This document shows, piece by piece, positions 20,064 through 28,468 of a stretch of 64,000 bases of DNA (the first letter of the stretch is position 1; each line of letters starts with the position of its first letter). The position numbers and the translations under genes are program-made. Source of the DNA: a virus (taxonomy: Duplodnaviria; Caudoviricetes); IMG/VR virus record IMGVR_UViG_3300036976_000011, positions 1 through 64,000 of that record; one strand, 5' to 3'. The notes under the pieces are model-generated. The model saw only the letters and a list, made by a program, of their open reading frames with translations. It was not told where the DNA came from and searched no databases.

Positions 20064-20288
20064 ATGTACATTTCAGCATGGGAAATTTACACCGGAAGTT
20101 TACGAAACATCCTCAAGTCAGCAGTTGGACGTGAGGAAATCAAGTCCAGCGATATTGTCTGGCGCGGACCTTCAGGTGACGCGGTTGTCACCGGCGACGC
20201 GGCAGACCTCAGCCAGGACGATGATGACGCACCCGATTATTCAGACTATGTAGACAGTGGGCAAGTCAATGAATATCTCAATGACTGA
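20064..20288 (+). CDS. hypothetical acidic protein
   Basis: Strong RBS. Confidence 0.6.
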   Translation: MYISAWEIYTGSLRNILKSAVGREEIKSSDIVWRGPSGDAVVTGDAADLSQDDDDAPDYSDYVDSGQVNEYLND

Positions 20289-20469
20289 GGACATCGAAAC
20301 GCTCAAAAAATTTGTATTATTGGCAAACGCTCAATTTGACATTCTGCGCCAGATTCTTGATGAGCACCAACGAAAACTGGACATCTTGACGCAGCGGATG
20401 GATGTGCAGGCGGAGATGCTAAAAAACATCAAGGCCCGCATAGACATTTTGGCAGGGGGGAACAACTAA
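20257..20469 (+). CDS. coiled-coil hypothetical protein
   Basis: Coupled ORF. Confidence 0.55.
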   Translation: MGKSMNISMTEDIETLKKFVLLANAQFDILRQILDEHQRKLDILTQRMDVQAEMLKNIKARIDILAGGNN

Positions 20470-20527
20470 GTCGCAGGCCACCGGAACTCCGCTCTCGTCC
20501 CCCTCAAAGTTTCCAAGCGGTTTTATC

Positions 20528-20638
20528 AACGGTCAAGCCAGCGGTAACGAGCACGCGAACGCGGTAATTGAGGCTGGCAGTCAATGACGGCGTGCTGACC
20601 GTTACGATTTGATAGGGGCTGCGCATCTTACACGCAGA
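20528..20638 (+). ncRNA. 111-bp repeated structured leader, copy 2
   Basis: Identical to 19899-20009. Confidence 0.6.
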
Positions 20639-20650
20639 AAGGAAAAAACA

Positions 20651-20890
20651 ATGAGGTGGTCATCTGACCAGGAAGTAGTAGGCGGAACCAAGCGTCTACT
20701 AAAAACGCCAAGAGTTCGCCGTACCCTGACCGACATTGACGGTCAGAGATGGGTTGTCGCTTTGCGGCAAAACGAAGCCAGGTTCACGAACGCCTGGCTA
20801 AAGAAGGTGCGGGCCGACTCTTATCCCCACCTGACCATTGTTGAGATGCTCCGCTTCACTGGAGCAATCTCGTGGAGCGAGAAGAAATAG
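20651..20890 (+). CDS. hypothetical protein
   Basis: AAAGGA RBS; MRWSSDQ... Confidence 0.55.
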   Translation: MRWSSDQEVVGGTKRLLKTPRVRRTLTDIDGQRWVVALRQNEARFTNAWLKKVRADSYPHLTIVEMLRFTGAISWSEKK

Positions 20891-20891
20891 G

Positions 20892-21004
20892 CGCGAGCTA
20901 TTCCTGCTCCGCTGACGCTGGTCGAGGTATCTGGATAATTCCAGCGAAGGTCAGGTGTCGGGTTCGAGTCCCGACGGCCAGCGTCAGGGGCGCAGGAATG
21001 CGCG
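20892..21004 (+). ncRNA. tRNA-like structured leader with T-arm
   Basis: Long closing stem, CTGGA/TCCAG hairpin, GTCGGG-TTCGAGT-CCCGAC T-arm; no anticodon arm. Confidence 0.55.
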
Positions 21005-21035
21005 AAGCAACTCAAGCTAAAAGGAGAAAGGAAAA

Positions 21036-21518
21036 ATGAACTATCAGGATTGCAACGATTATAGAGAAAGTGGTCGCATGGCTGTGAATACCTGCCCTTG
21101 TGGTAAGCCAATCAAAGTAAGCATGAATGCTTCAGCATTCTATAAGTTGTACTGTCAGAGTTGTGTAGACCAAGCCAAGGAGTTCTGGCGGCAAGAATAC
21201 GCCAGGGCTATCAAGGAGCAAGGAAACCTTGACGAATTTGTTATCGCACTGCGCGAACACGGCGGCAAAATCACCGTGTTCAGAAAGAATCGCAGTGGGC
21301 TTTTTGGGGCATTAGAGGCCCTGATCCCTAGCCCTGGACCACCGCCTTGGTATGCACGCTTTAGCAATATTTTGCACGCCTTTGTTGCACACGAGATTTC
21401 ACATCCCGAAATCGAGGAAGAGCGAGTGGCTGTTCCATCGCGGTCCTATCACAAGTCCGCACTGCCGTGGGGAGAAGTGGGGCACAGCAGCCTCATCTTG
21501 CGCGTGAAAAGTCACTAG
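21036..21518 (+). CDS. hypothetical protein
   Basis: Strong RBS; CPCG..CQSC. Confidence 0.6.
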   Translation: MNYQDCNDYRESGRMAVNTCPCGKPIKVSMNASAFYKLYCQSCVDQAKEFWRQEYARAIKEQGNLDEFVIALREHGGKITVFRKNRSGLFGALEALIPSPGPPPWYARFSNILHAFVAHEISHPEIEEERVAVPSRSYHKSALPWGEVGHSSLILRVKSH

Positions 21519-21570
21519 CCCCGCGCTTTCTGCGCACAATTTCGATTGTGCGCAGAGAATACGGCGCTAG
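21515..21570 (+). other. perfect intergenic hairpin (processing or termination site)
   Basis: TCTGCGCACAAT-TTCG-ATTGTGCGCAGA. Confidence 0.6.
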
Positions 21571-21600
21571 AGAATCGTGCCTATAGAGAAAAGGAGAAAA

Positions 21601-22017
21601 ATGATGACGGAAATACTCAGAGTGTATAAGGGCTATGATAAAAATGACCTGGTCGGTTTCTTCCCGCGCCAACAGGCCATTGACATGGCGGGAAGTGGGA
21701 CCAATTATTGCGCCTGCGTCAACGGGCGCAAGTGTCAATACCATGCAGGCCTCAAGGCGGTTCAGCAGGATCGGGGCGGAAGTCTCCGCCTGCGCCCCGC
21801 GCCAACGCAGGCAGGGGTAGACGCCTTTCGTAATAGGATGGCGGACTTGGCCGAAGAACGGGGGTACACCCTCGACACGAACGCCTTTGGAATGCGCGGG
21901 GGATGGGTTTCCATTACCCGCGAAGGGCGTCCGTATATGCTGGACATCACCCGCAAAGTGTCTATCAAAGAACACGCTGGCGGGGAGATTGAGTTTGTGA
22001 GATGGTTAGCGACGTAA
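21601..22017 (+). CDS. hypothetical protein
   Basis: AAAAGGAG RBS. Confidence 0.65.
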   Translation: MMTEILRVYKGYDKNDLVGFFPRQQAIDMAGSGTNYCACVNGRKCQYHAGLKAVQQDRGGSLRLRPAPTQAGVDAFRNRMADLAEERGYTLDTNAFGMRGGWVSITREGRPYMLDITRKVSIKEHAGGEIEFVRWLAT

Positions 22018-22061
22018 ATTTCACGCCCACGCGCAACGGGCGCAGGGGCAAGGAGAAAATC

Positions 22062-22349
22062 ATGGACGGGATCGTAGAAAAATTATACAATGTTGGGTTC
22101 AATGCGGGAATCTCTGCTGAAATAGCGAGATTCAAAAACGAGGATCGCCTGGTTGCTTGTGCCACAGCCCTTGGAAAGCAAGTTGACGACCTGGACTTGT
22201 TCCAGGTTGACGCAAGCAAGAAGGGGAATTTCTGGACACATGATGCGGAGAGCGGGGTCGTTTGCTCGGGCCACCTATGGCCCAATGCAATCTATTTATT
22301 CCCGCTCTACGCCACCAATCCACCGCGCACCTTTATCTTTGCGCGATAG
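22062..22349 (+). CDS. hypothetical protein
   Basis: AAGGAG RBS. Confidence 0.65.
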   Translation: MDGIVEKLYNVGFNAGISAEIARFKNEDRLVACATALGKQVDDLDLFQVDASKKGNFWTHDAESGVVCSGHLWPNAIYLFPLYATNPPRTFIFAR

Positions 22350-22375
22350 GTGTAGAATAGCGCAAAATGTACCCA

Positions 22376-22515
22376 CTATTCCCCAGAACCCGGTTCGACT
22401 CCGGGACCAGCCCCACAAGACCGCTGGCGCTGACCGAGAGGCGGCGAGACAGGGTGGCGTCGGAGTGACGCGGAAGGGCGTGGGGCGCAGGAGTGGCGGA
22501 CTCGCTGGGGGATAG
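22376..22515 (+). ncRNA. multi-stem structured leader with T-arm
   Basis: 11-bp closing stem CTATTCCCCAG/CTGGGGGATAG, CCCGG-TTCGACT-CCGGG, GCCCCAC/GTGGGGC. Confidence 0.55.
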
Positions 22516-22534
22516 ACTCAAAAAGGAGAAAAAA

Positions 22535-22843
22535 ATGAATCACCATTACTACGAAAACATTATTATGCGATATCTGCCCGCCGCCGGGCGCACTGTGTTT
22601 GTGGACATTGATACAGCCTCGCGCCTAGTAAAGTATGGCGCGGGGTCGGTGGACCCACACCCAGTTACAAACAAACATGTACCAGTCCACATCGTCCCCG
22701 CGATGTTCTTGAATGTAGGGTATCTACGCCTGAACACTCACAGGCACAGCGCCAATTATATGAAGATGTGCATCCGCGGGTTACAGTATGAACCCGCAGC
22801 GATTCACGATGCTGCAGGACCGCGGCGGTTTTTGAGCAAGTAG
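22535..22843 (+). CDS. hypothetical protein
   Basis: AAAAAGGAG RBS. Confidence 0.65.
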   Translation: MNHHYYENIIMRYLPAAGRTVFVDIDTASRLVKYGAGSVDPHPVTNKHVPVHIVPAMFLNVGYLRLNTHRHSANYMKMCIRGLQYEPAAIHDAAGPRRFLSK

Positions 22844-22890
22844 CAAAAACAGGCCAGCCGGGAGCCTCTAATCCCGGCAAAGGAGAAATC

Positions 22891-23139
22891 GTGAGCTGGC
22901 TGGAAAAAATCATCGCAGATATTGAGTACGAAAAGTTTAAAGTCTCCACAAGAGGAAATGTAATCAGGCTCGACTTCTCACAGCCCGTCAACGAGTGGGA
23001 CAATGGACAGTTTTGGCTAGAGTTTCACGTTGAACCAGGATGCGTTACCATCCTGGATAGTACGTGGGGCGAAGAAACCATTGATATAGAAACGACCGTT
23101 TCAGAAATCACCGCCGCGCTTGCAAGCGCCAAGAGTTAG
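22891..23139 (+). CDS. hypothetical protein
   Basis: Hairpin plus AAAGGAG RBS, GTG start. Confidence 0.65.
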   Translation: MSWLEKIIADIEYEKFKVSTRGNVIRLDFSQPVNEWDNGQFWLEFHVEPGCVTILDSTWGEETIDIETTVSEITAALASAKS

Positions 23140-23171
23140 CAACGCCGAATCCCGGCAAAGGAGAAACAAAA

Positions 23172-23744
23172 ATGGATTTCGACCTGTTCGAAAATTATCA
23201 AGTACTCGCGCCAAAAGGCGCATTCTATCAATTCCTGCGCAATGGTCAACCACGCGTGTTCGGCAGGTTTGACCACAACGAAAGTGAGTGGAAGGCTGGG
23301 CGGCGAGTTGGCACGCTGCTAGGAATCCCGGCGAGTGGACCAGAGCTTCGTGACGGAGGCGGTCCACCAAGGGCGGATATGTACGGTGAAGACGCCATAC
23401 GTTGGCTGTCCACCTACCTACAGGGTTGGGGCAAGTTTAGAAAAAGGAGAAAAACGATGGAAAAATTTCAATTCACAAATTCGCTGCACCTAACCAAACT
23501 TTCCAGTCCACCAGACATAGACTTCGAGAGTATTGGTTCGCCCAAATGGTGGCTACAAGAAAATCTCGAATGCTTTGTTGCTGGCGGCGGTCTCGATTGG
23601 CTTGCCGTTGGCGAGGCCGCTGAAATGCGCCACCTCGATAGTGAACGAGATGGGCGCATTTTTATTCGCCGCGAGAACGTCTTGTTGGCGTACTCGCGTG
23701 GGTCTGCCAGCCACGCGGCGGACTGGGGACGATTGGCGGTGTAG
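23172..23744 (+). CDS. hypothetical protein (contains an internal in-frame RBS and ATG near 23457)
   Basis: Two RBS-ATG pairs in one frame. Confidence 0.6.
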   Translation: MDFDLFENYQVLAPKGAFYQFLRNGQPRVFGRFDHNESEWKAGRRVGTLLGIPASGPELRDGGGPPRADMYGEDAIRWLSTYLQGWGKFRKRRKTMEKFQFTNSLHLTKLSSPPDIDFESIGSPKWWLQENLECFVAGGGLDWLAVGEAAEMRHLDSERDGRIFIRRENVLLAYSRGSASHAADWGRLAV

Positions 23745-23769
23745 CGCCGCCACAGGGAGAGGAAAAAAG

Positions 23770-24042
23770 ATGTCAGAAGAACATTGGGATCACCCTGACA
23801 ACCTGAAGGCGGTCAAGGCGTTCCGTTCCAGAAGTGCCGCCAGGGAATACCGAAAATTTCAGGGGTGGCGCTCTAACTATGCAAGAATACGGATGTTCCA
23901 CCGCCCAGATCACCCCTGGGCGAATAAGCGCGGGAACATTTTCGCCCTGCGCATAGGCGCAGAGACCCCCGGCGGCTGGAAGTGGCTATTCGAGCATGGA
24001 GAAATAACCTTCGGCTGCTTTCATGGCCTGCCGAAGGACTAA
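23770..24042 (+). CDS. hypothetical protein
   Basis: GGAGAGG RBS; MSEEHWDHP... Confidence 0.6.
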   Translation: MSEEHWDHPDNLKAVKAFRSRSAAREYRKFQGWRSNYARIRMFHRPDHPWANKRGNIFALRIGAETPGGWKWLFEHGEITFGCFHGLPKD

Positions 24043-24046
24043 CCCC

Positions 24047-24073
24047 AAGCCCCGTTTCGGCGGGGGCTTTTTT
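24047..24073 (+). terminator. intrinsic terminator
   Basis: AAGCCCCG-TTTCGG-CGGGGGCTT followed by a T tract. Confidence 0.8.
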
Positions 24074-24085
24074 GCATTTTGGGGA

Positions 24086-24114
24086 TTGACACGGAAAGCC
24101 AAATGTGATAAAAT
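24086..24114 (+). promoter_or_regulatory. sigma70 promoter
   Basis: TTGACA-17-TAAAAT. Confidence 0.85.
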
Positions 24115-24123
24115 TGTCGTATT

Positions 24124-24318
24124 ATGACAAAGCGGAAAATCAAGACTTTTACAGCTAGCGAGTGGAGCAAGTTGTCCACCAAGCGCCAGATTGATGCAGC
24201 GCGGTTTCATGGCAAAATCCACGTGACCTGGTGGGGCAGAGTTGAAATGATAGTCACTGCCGCGCCACACGAGGGGAGCAAAAATGAACAAGCTGACGTG
24301 TCCAGCCTGCAAAACTGA
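24124..24318 (+). CDS. small basic protein (antitoxin/Phd-like DNA-binding?)
   Basis: Directly downstream of the promoter. Confidence 0.5.
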   Translation: MTKRKIKTFTASEWSKLSTKRQIDAARFHGKIHVTWWGRVEMIVTAAPHEGSKNEQADVSSLQN

Positions 24319-25090
24319 ATACGTCCCCGCTGACCGCTCCAAGCTATACCAACTCATCAGCGGCAACGGCCCGCGTTCGCAGCGATGGGAAGGCAACAGC
24401 GCCTCAGACCTAACGCAGACCTGGCCGCGCCAGCAGCGCCTGGAGTTGCCCGACTGGGCAACGGGGAAAGTTTGGGAGCGAGCTTTGCAGACGGCTATCT
24501 CTTGCCTGGTTGCGGGGGGATGCTCTTACACTATCTCCCTGGACAATCCGCCTATCGAGACCGTTGGCCTCGTCGCCGGCTTTGTCTGGTTCGGGTCTAT
24601 GCTCTTGGGCGACGGGAACTGGCGTATTGTATTCAACTGGCTTGATAGGAATAGGGACGGCCGGCTAACGATAGCTGACGTTCATGCCGCCATTGACGAG
24701 GCCCTGGGCCATGACGAAGACGAGCCGCCCGGTCCCCTGCCAGAAATTCCCGTTGAGGTCATCATAGGTCAAGTCACCCGGCGCGGCATTCTCAACGCTA
24801 CCCAAGAGCAAATGGAGCAAGCCGCTCATATCATGGACGCTAATCCAGAAAGTGCGTTCTCCAAGCGTGTCGTGGGGCACGTGTTTGGGGAAGGGCTGTT
24901 CTCAAAAGTTCAGGCAGAAATGCTCAAAACGGGGTTGCTTGGGGGCAGTCGTCACACGGGTTACAAGTTGACCCGCGAGGGATGGGCACTGATGAAACGC
25001 TATCTCCCCCACCCTACCGGGAGTGGAGACTCTGAAAATGGTGGATTCCACCACTCACCACCAGCCACCACCACCCAGGGAGTGAAATGA
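24284..25090 (+). CDS. membrane protein with EF-hand-like loop
   Basis: Two transmembrane helices; LDRNRDGRLTIADV. Confidence 0.65.
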   Translation: MNKLTCPACKTEYVPADRSKLYQLISGNGPRSQRWEGNSASDLTQTWPRQQRLELPDWATGKVWERALQTAISCLVAGGCSYTISLDNPPIETVGLVAGFVWFGSMLLGDGNWRIVFNWLDRNRDGRLTIADVHAAIDEALGHDEDEPPGPLPEIPVEVIIGQVTRRGILNATQEQMEQAAHIMDANPESAFSKRVVGHVFGEGLFSKVQAEMLKTGLLGGSRHTGYKLTREGWALMKRYLPHPTGSGDSENGGFHHSPPATTTQGVK

Positions 25091-25344
25091 GAAGCCTCCA
25101 CAGAGACACCGACATCATAAACGCCGCCTGTGGCGCGCACGAGGCTACTCGACTCACCGTAATTCACGCGCCGCCAACGGAGTGCGTCAGCGCCTACCAC
25201 GCCGGCTTTATCGCCGGCATTATTGCGCTTTGTGCAGGCGTGGGTATCTCCCTGCGCTTAAACAGCGACGGAACACTCCAAAGACGCTTGCCACAACACA
25301 CCGCTCCCAGGGTACACTACGAGGGCTACCCCCACACCGGTTAG
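25087..25344 (+). CDS. hypothetical protein
   Basis: ATGA overlap. Confidence 0.45.
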   Translation: MRSLHRDTDIINAACGAHEATRLTVIHAPPTECVSAYHAGFIAGIIALCAGVGISLRLNSDGTLQRRLPQHTAPRVHYEGYPHTG

Positions 25345-25438
25345 CACACTCGGCACAAGCCAAGAATCCGCAACATGGACACGTCTTAGCGTTCTCGCGT
25401 CGAGCCCACTGCCCACAGTGACAGCAAGAAATCATCGC

Positions 25439-25624
25439 TCACTCCCCAATTTCTAGAGCAATCCGAGCCTGCTCCAGCACGCTAGACTCGCTCGCACCAA
25501 TCCACTCTCCACGCTTAGTAATGACCAACCCCCACCGCTCATTCTCCGGCAGGTGCGGAATATAGTCAATCTTGAACGCCAGGCCGCGCTTGACAAACTC
25601 ACCTTTGATTTGATCTTTGGTCAT
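25439..25624 (-). CDS. hypothetical protein
   Basis: AGGAG RBS. Confidence 0.55.
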   Translation of the reverse strand: MTKDQIKGEFVKRGLAFKIDYIPHLPENERWGLVITKRGEWIGASESSVLEQARIALEIGE

Positions 25625-25792
25625 TTTCCACTCCTTGACTGGCGCTATCCACAGGGGGCGCGTAGGGCGCGTACAAGCATTTCAATGTCTGCGCGGTCAA
25701 AATAAAACTCTCCATCTTGCCAATCATCAAGCTCGCTCTCAAAACTCCCCATGAGTTGTTCCCACCGCTCTTTATCCATTTTTCACCTCTAG

Positions 25793-26161
25793 TTAGTAAT
25801 TTGAGTTCTCCATGACATAGAAAAAACCACACTCATCACAACGCCACAGCTCAGACCAATCACGAGCATCCCACGGGCCGCTATTCATCGAAGCGGCTAC
25901 ATTGGCCTCGCCTCCAAAGCATGCTTTTAGGCACATATACTCATCTGCAACGCTGTTGCAGCTTGGGCATCTATATGGATCATCAACGACAAGCAAGTCG
26001 TGTGTGTTCTCTCGCAACCATTTATCCAGCCTTGTTGCAAATGTTTGTTCGTTCATTTTTCTCCTCACAGCACGTGCCCACACACGCGCCGCACGTGATT
26101 GTATCGCAGTTCGGGCACGGCAACAAAACGGCAGCCTCGCGTCCGCAGTTCGGGCAGGCAA
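25793..26161 (-). CDS. zinc-ribbon hypothetical protein
   Basis: CPSC..CDECG; start probably MNEQ. Confidence 0.55.
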   Translation of the reverse strand: MPARTADARLPFCCRARTAIQSRAARVWARAVRRKMNEQTFATRLDKWLRENTHDLLVVDDPYRCPSCNSVADEYMCLKACFGGEANVAASMNSGPWDARDWSELWRCDECGFFYVMENSNY

Positions 26162-26163
26162 AG

Positions 26164-26478
26164 CTACTCATTTGTACAAACCCTCATGCTATCATAACTC
26201 TTGCCGTCTCTTGGACCGCCAAACGAATAGCAAATACCGTCGGCCACAGCTTGGTATACGCGTTTACTAACGGTAATCCAGATCAATTCGTCATCCGTTC
26301 TGACCTGCAACGCATGAAAATAGGTTCTGTGGCCATTGTAGTATACCTCTATTTTCTCAACGACAACGCCAGAGACAGGGGTGACAGGCGTGAAACCAAC
26401 AAAAATCTTCCAAATACTCAGAACCACAAGGCTAAATAACACTAAAATAGCAACACCATTTTTTATTCTTTCTAACAT
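26164..26478 (-). CDS. membrane-anchored hypothetical protein
   Basis: N-terminal transmembrane helix. Confidence 0.6.
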   Translation of the reverse strand: MLERIKNGVAILVLFSLVVLSIWKIFVGFTPVTPVSGVVVEKIEVYYNGHRTYFHALQVRTDDELIWITVSKRVYQAVADGICYSFGGPRDGKSYDSMRVCTNE

Positions 26479-26490
26479 TTTTCTTATCTC

Positions 26491-26805
26491 TCATATCAAC
26501 GCCAGTTGCTCCCCCGCTGATGTTTTCTCTGCCCACTCCTCGATTTTCATAGCTCGCATGACGATAGGCGCGGCCTGGTGAATAGGCGATAGGCCATATT
26601 CCGCGCCCGCCTTGCATTTCTCGCATGGCTCGTCCGTTTCTGGTTCATCACCGTCTAACTGCGCCTCAAGAATTCGAGCGCAAGGCACACATAGCACCCT
26701 GGTTCTGCCATTTGCCACGTAGCGATTGCGGTCAGGCTCGCCGTGGTAGGGCAGGCCGTCGTCAGGTGGTTGCTTGACTACCAGACTGCCACCAATGACA
26801 TACAT
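26491..26805 (-). CDS. hypothetical protein (CxxC pairs)
   Basis: Coupled ORF. Confidence 0.55.
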   Translation of the reverse strand: MYVIGGSLVVKQPPDDGLPYHGEPDRNRYVANGRTRVLCVPCARILEAQLDGDEPETDEPCEKCKAGAEYGLSPIHQAAPIVMRAMKIEEWAEKTSAGEQLALI

Positions 26806-27378
26806 CTATCCCCTCTGCTTCTCCAATCTATCCAGCACCAAGCTCCACAAAAATCCGCCCACCGTCTTTGCCACAAACTGCCCCGCACAGATTCCCCACA
26901 TCGGCGGCCAGCCAAAGGCAAATACCGGAAACGCTAGACTATCCACTAGCGCACTTGGCAGATTGCTCCCGTTCATGCGCTCAAGGCGCGTCCAGCCCCG
27001 CTTGACCAATGCCGCATAAATCGCCGCATCCACACTCATGCTCAACGCAAAAGCGCATGTGCTGGCCACTGCGATGCGCCAGGCCCCCCAGTTCACAGCA
27101 ACTGTCAACAGACTGCCCGCGAGCACGAGCAAGCCCACGTTGCGCTTGACGCGCCCGGCCCACAGGTCTTGCAGTGTATCCTTACTACTCAGATCAAAGC
27201 CGACGAAAATCAACGCCGTCACGGGCGAAATCCACGGACCCGCCTTATTCACAATCAGATTGGCCGCTACGATTGCCACAAGGTAGAGGCAGACGAGCCT
27301 GGTAGACTCGTTCTTGATAATCCGACCATAGCGCGATAGTGCGTTCAATGCCGATAAACCTTTGCTTTGTACCATCAC
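26806..27378 (-). CDS. VUT/YhhQ family (queuosine-precursor transporter-like) membrane protein
   Basis: LYLVAIVAANL, GFDLSSKD.LQD, RIAVAS..AF..S..VD, SN..SALVDS..F..AFG. Confidence 0.8.
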   Translation of the reverse strand: MMVQSKGLSALNALSRYGRIIKNESTRLVCLYLVAIVAANLIVNKAGPWISPVTALIFVGFDLSSKDTLQDLWAGRVKRNVGLLVLAGSLLTVAVNWGAWRIAVASTCAFALSMSVDAAIYAALVKRGWTRLERMNGSNLPSALVDSLAFPVFAFGWPPMWGICAGQFVAKTVGGFLWSLVLDRLEKQRG

Positions 27379-27904
27379 AGGTAAACTCCTCTGAGCCTTT
27401 CAGGCTCCTAAAATGCTCATAGCGCCGCCAGTTATTGACGCGGCCTATGTGAATACGCTTACCTAAAACCTGTGCACGCTTGATGACGGATATACAGGCA
27501 TCACTTATTTTCCACTCTGTACTACCGCCTATGAACAGCGTTTCCCACCGCTGCGACGGAAACGGCAAACTCTCCTGCCCATCCTGCGCCACAAACGCTA
27601 TGGGCCAAGCCCGCAGCATAACGGAAAACTCCTCAAGCGCAGCCACGGTTGCCGCCGCATTTCCAACGTGGTCTGGCGCGGCGATAAATAGGCATGTCTC
27701 GCTGTATGGATTCATAGCCTCAAGCCACAGCAATACAACCTCCCTGTTAAACCGCTTGACAAATTCTGGACCACTCAAACAACCCGGGTCACCGGCCCAA
27801 TCCATGCCCTCTTGTATTCCCGCCGGAATGCCCATGTGCTGCGGGCTAGCCAGGATACCAAAACGGTAGTCAACGACGCCGCCCACAGGGAGTAAGAATT
27901 TCAT
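27245..27904 (-). CDS. TGT/DpdA-like TIM-barrel protein (putative 7-deazaguanine insertion enzyme)
   Basis: AGDPGCL, APDHVGNA, FVAQDG, LFIGGSTEWK, HIGRVN, TCDGT; coupled to a VUT gene. Confidence 0.6.
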   Translation of the reverse strand: MKFLLPVGGVVDYRFGILASPQHMGIPAGIQEGMDWAGDPGCLSGPEFVKRFNREVVLLWLEAMNPYSETCLFIAAPDHVGNAAATVAALEEFSVMLRAWPIAFVAQDGQESLPFPSQRWETLFIGGSTEWKISDACISVIKRAQVLGKRIHIGRVNNWRRYEHFRSLKGSEEFTCDGTKQRFIGIERTIALWSDYQERVYQARLPLPCGNRSGQSDCE

Positions 27905-28173
27905 ATCCCCAACCTATCCAGCGCCGACGCGGCGCGCTCTGGTTCAGCGGTAGGTGTGTTGCTATTTCCGCCGATGGTGACGCCTTGATCCAATTTCTCT
28001 AGGATAGCGTCTAGCTTGCGCTCCACATTCCCTGGTCCATCTGTACGCAATCCGACCCGGATGGCCTCGCGGATGGCCGCTGACTTGCGCCCCCTTGGTA
28101 GAGAGTTTAGCCAACGAATAATATCAGCGTCGCTCTCTATGTCCAGGGAAAAGGAAAAGGTGATGTTGTTCAT
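27901..28173 (-). CDS. ParR-like ribbon-helix-helix adaptor
   Basis: ITFSFSLD..DADIIRWL.SLP.G.KS.AIREAIR; downstream of parM. Confidence 0.75.
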   Translation of the reverse strand: MNNITFSFSLDIESDADIIRWLNSLPRGRKSAAIREAIRVGLRTDGPGNVERKLDAILEKLDQGVTIGGNSNTPTAEPERAASALDRLGI

Positions 28174-28180
28174 TGGTCAA

Positions 28181-28468
28181 TTATTGACGGCTATTGAACC
28201 CATCGAGGATTTCTTCAATCTCTTCTTGACTAACTGATTTATGCTTTATCAAGCAAAGAAATGGCGTTAATTCACTATTGCTCGTGGTTCGTAACACGCC
28301 AGGTTTGCCCTTGATCCAGTAACGACAAAAGGCACAATTTTCTCGTAGGCTAGTTATAAAGCCAAATTCAACATCTGGGTGCTTTAGATCACCATTGGCG
28401 TGTCTTGGAACATAAGCTATCTGCGTTCCACGCTTCATTTCTGTGTGTCCAAGTTTATCCTGACTCAT
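28181..28468 (-). CDS. hypothetical protein inserted between parM and parR
   Basis: Coupled, AT-richer ORF. Confidence 0.55.
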   Translation of the reverse strand: MSQDKLGHTEMKRGTQIAYVPRHANGDLKHPDVEFGFITSLRENCAFCRYWIKGKPGVLRTTSNSELTPFLCLIKHKSVSQEEIEEILDGFNSRQ

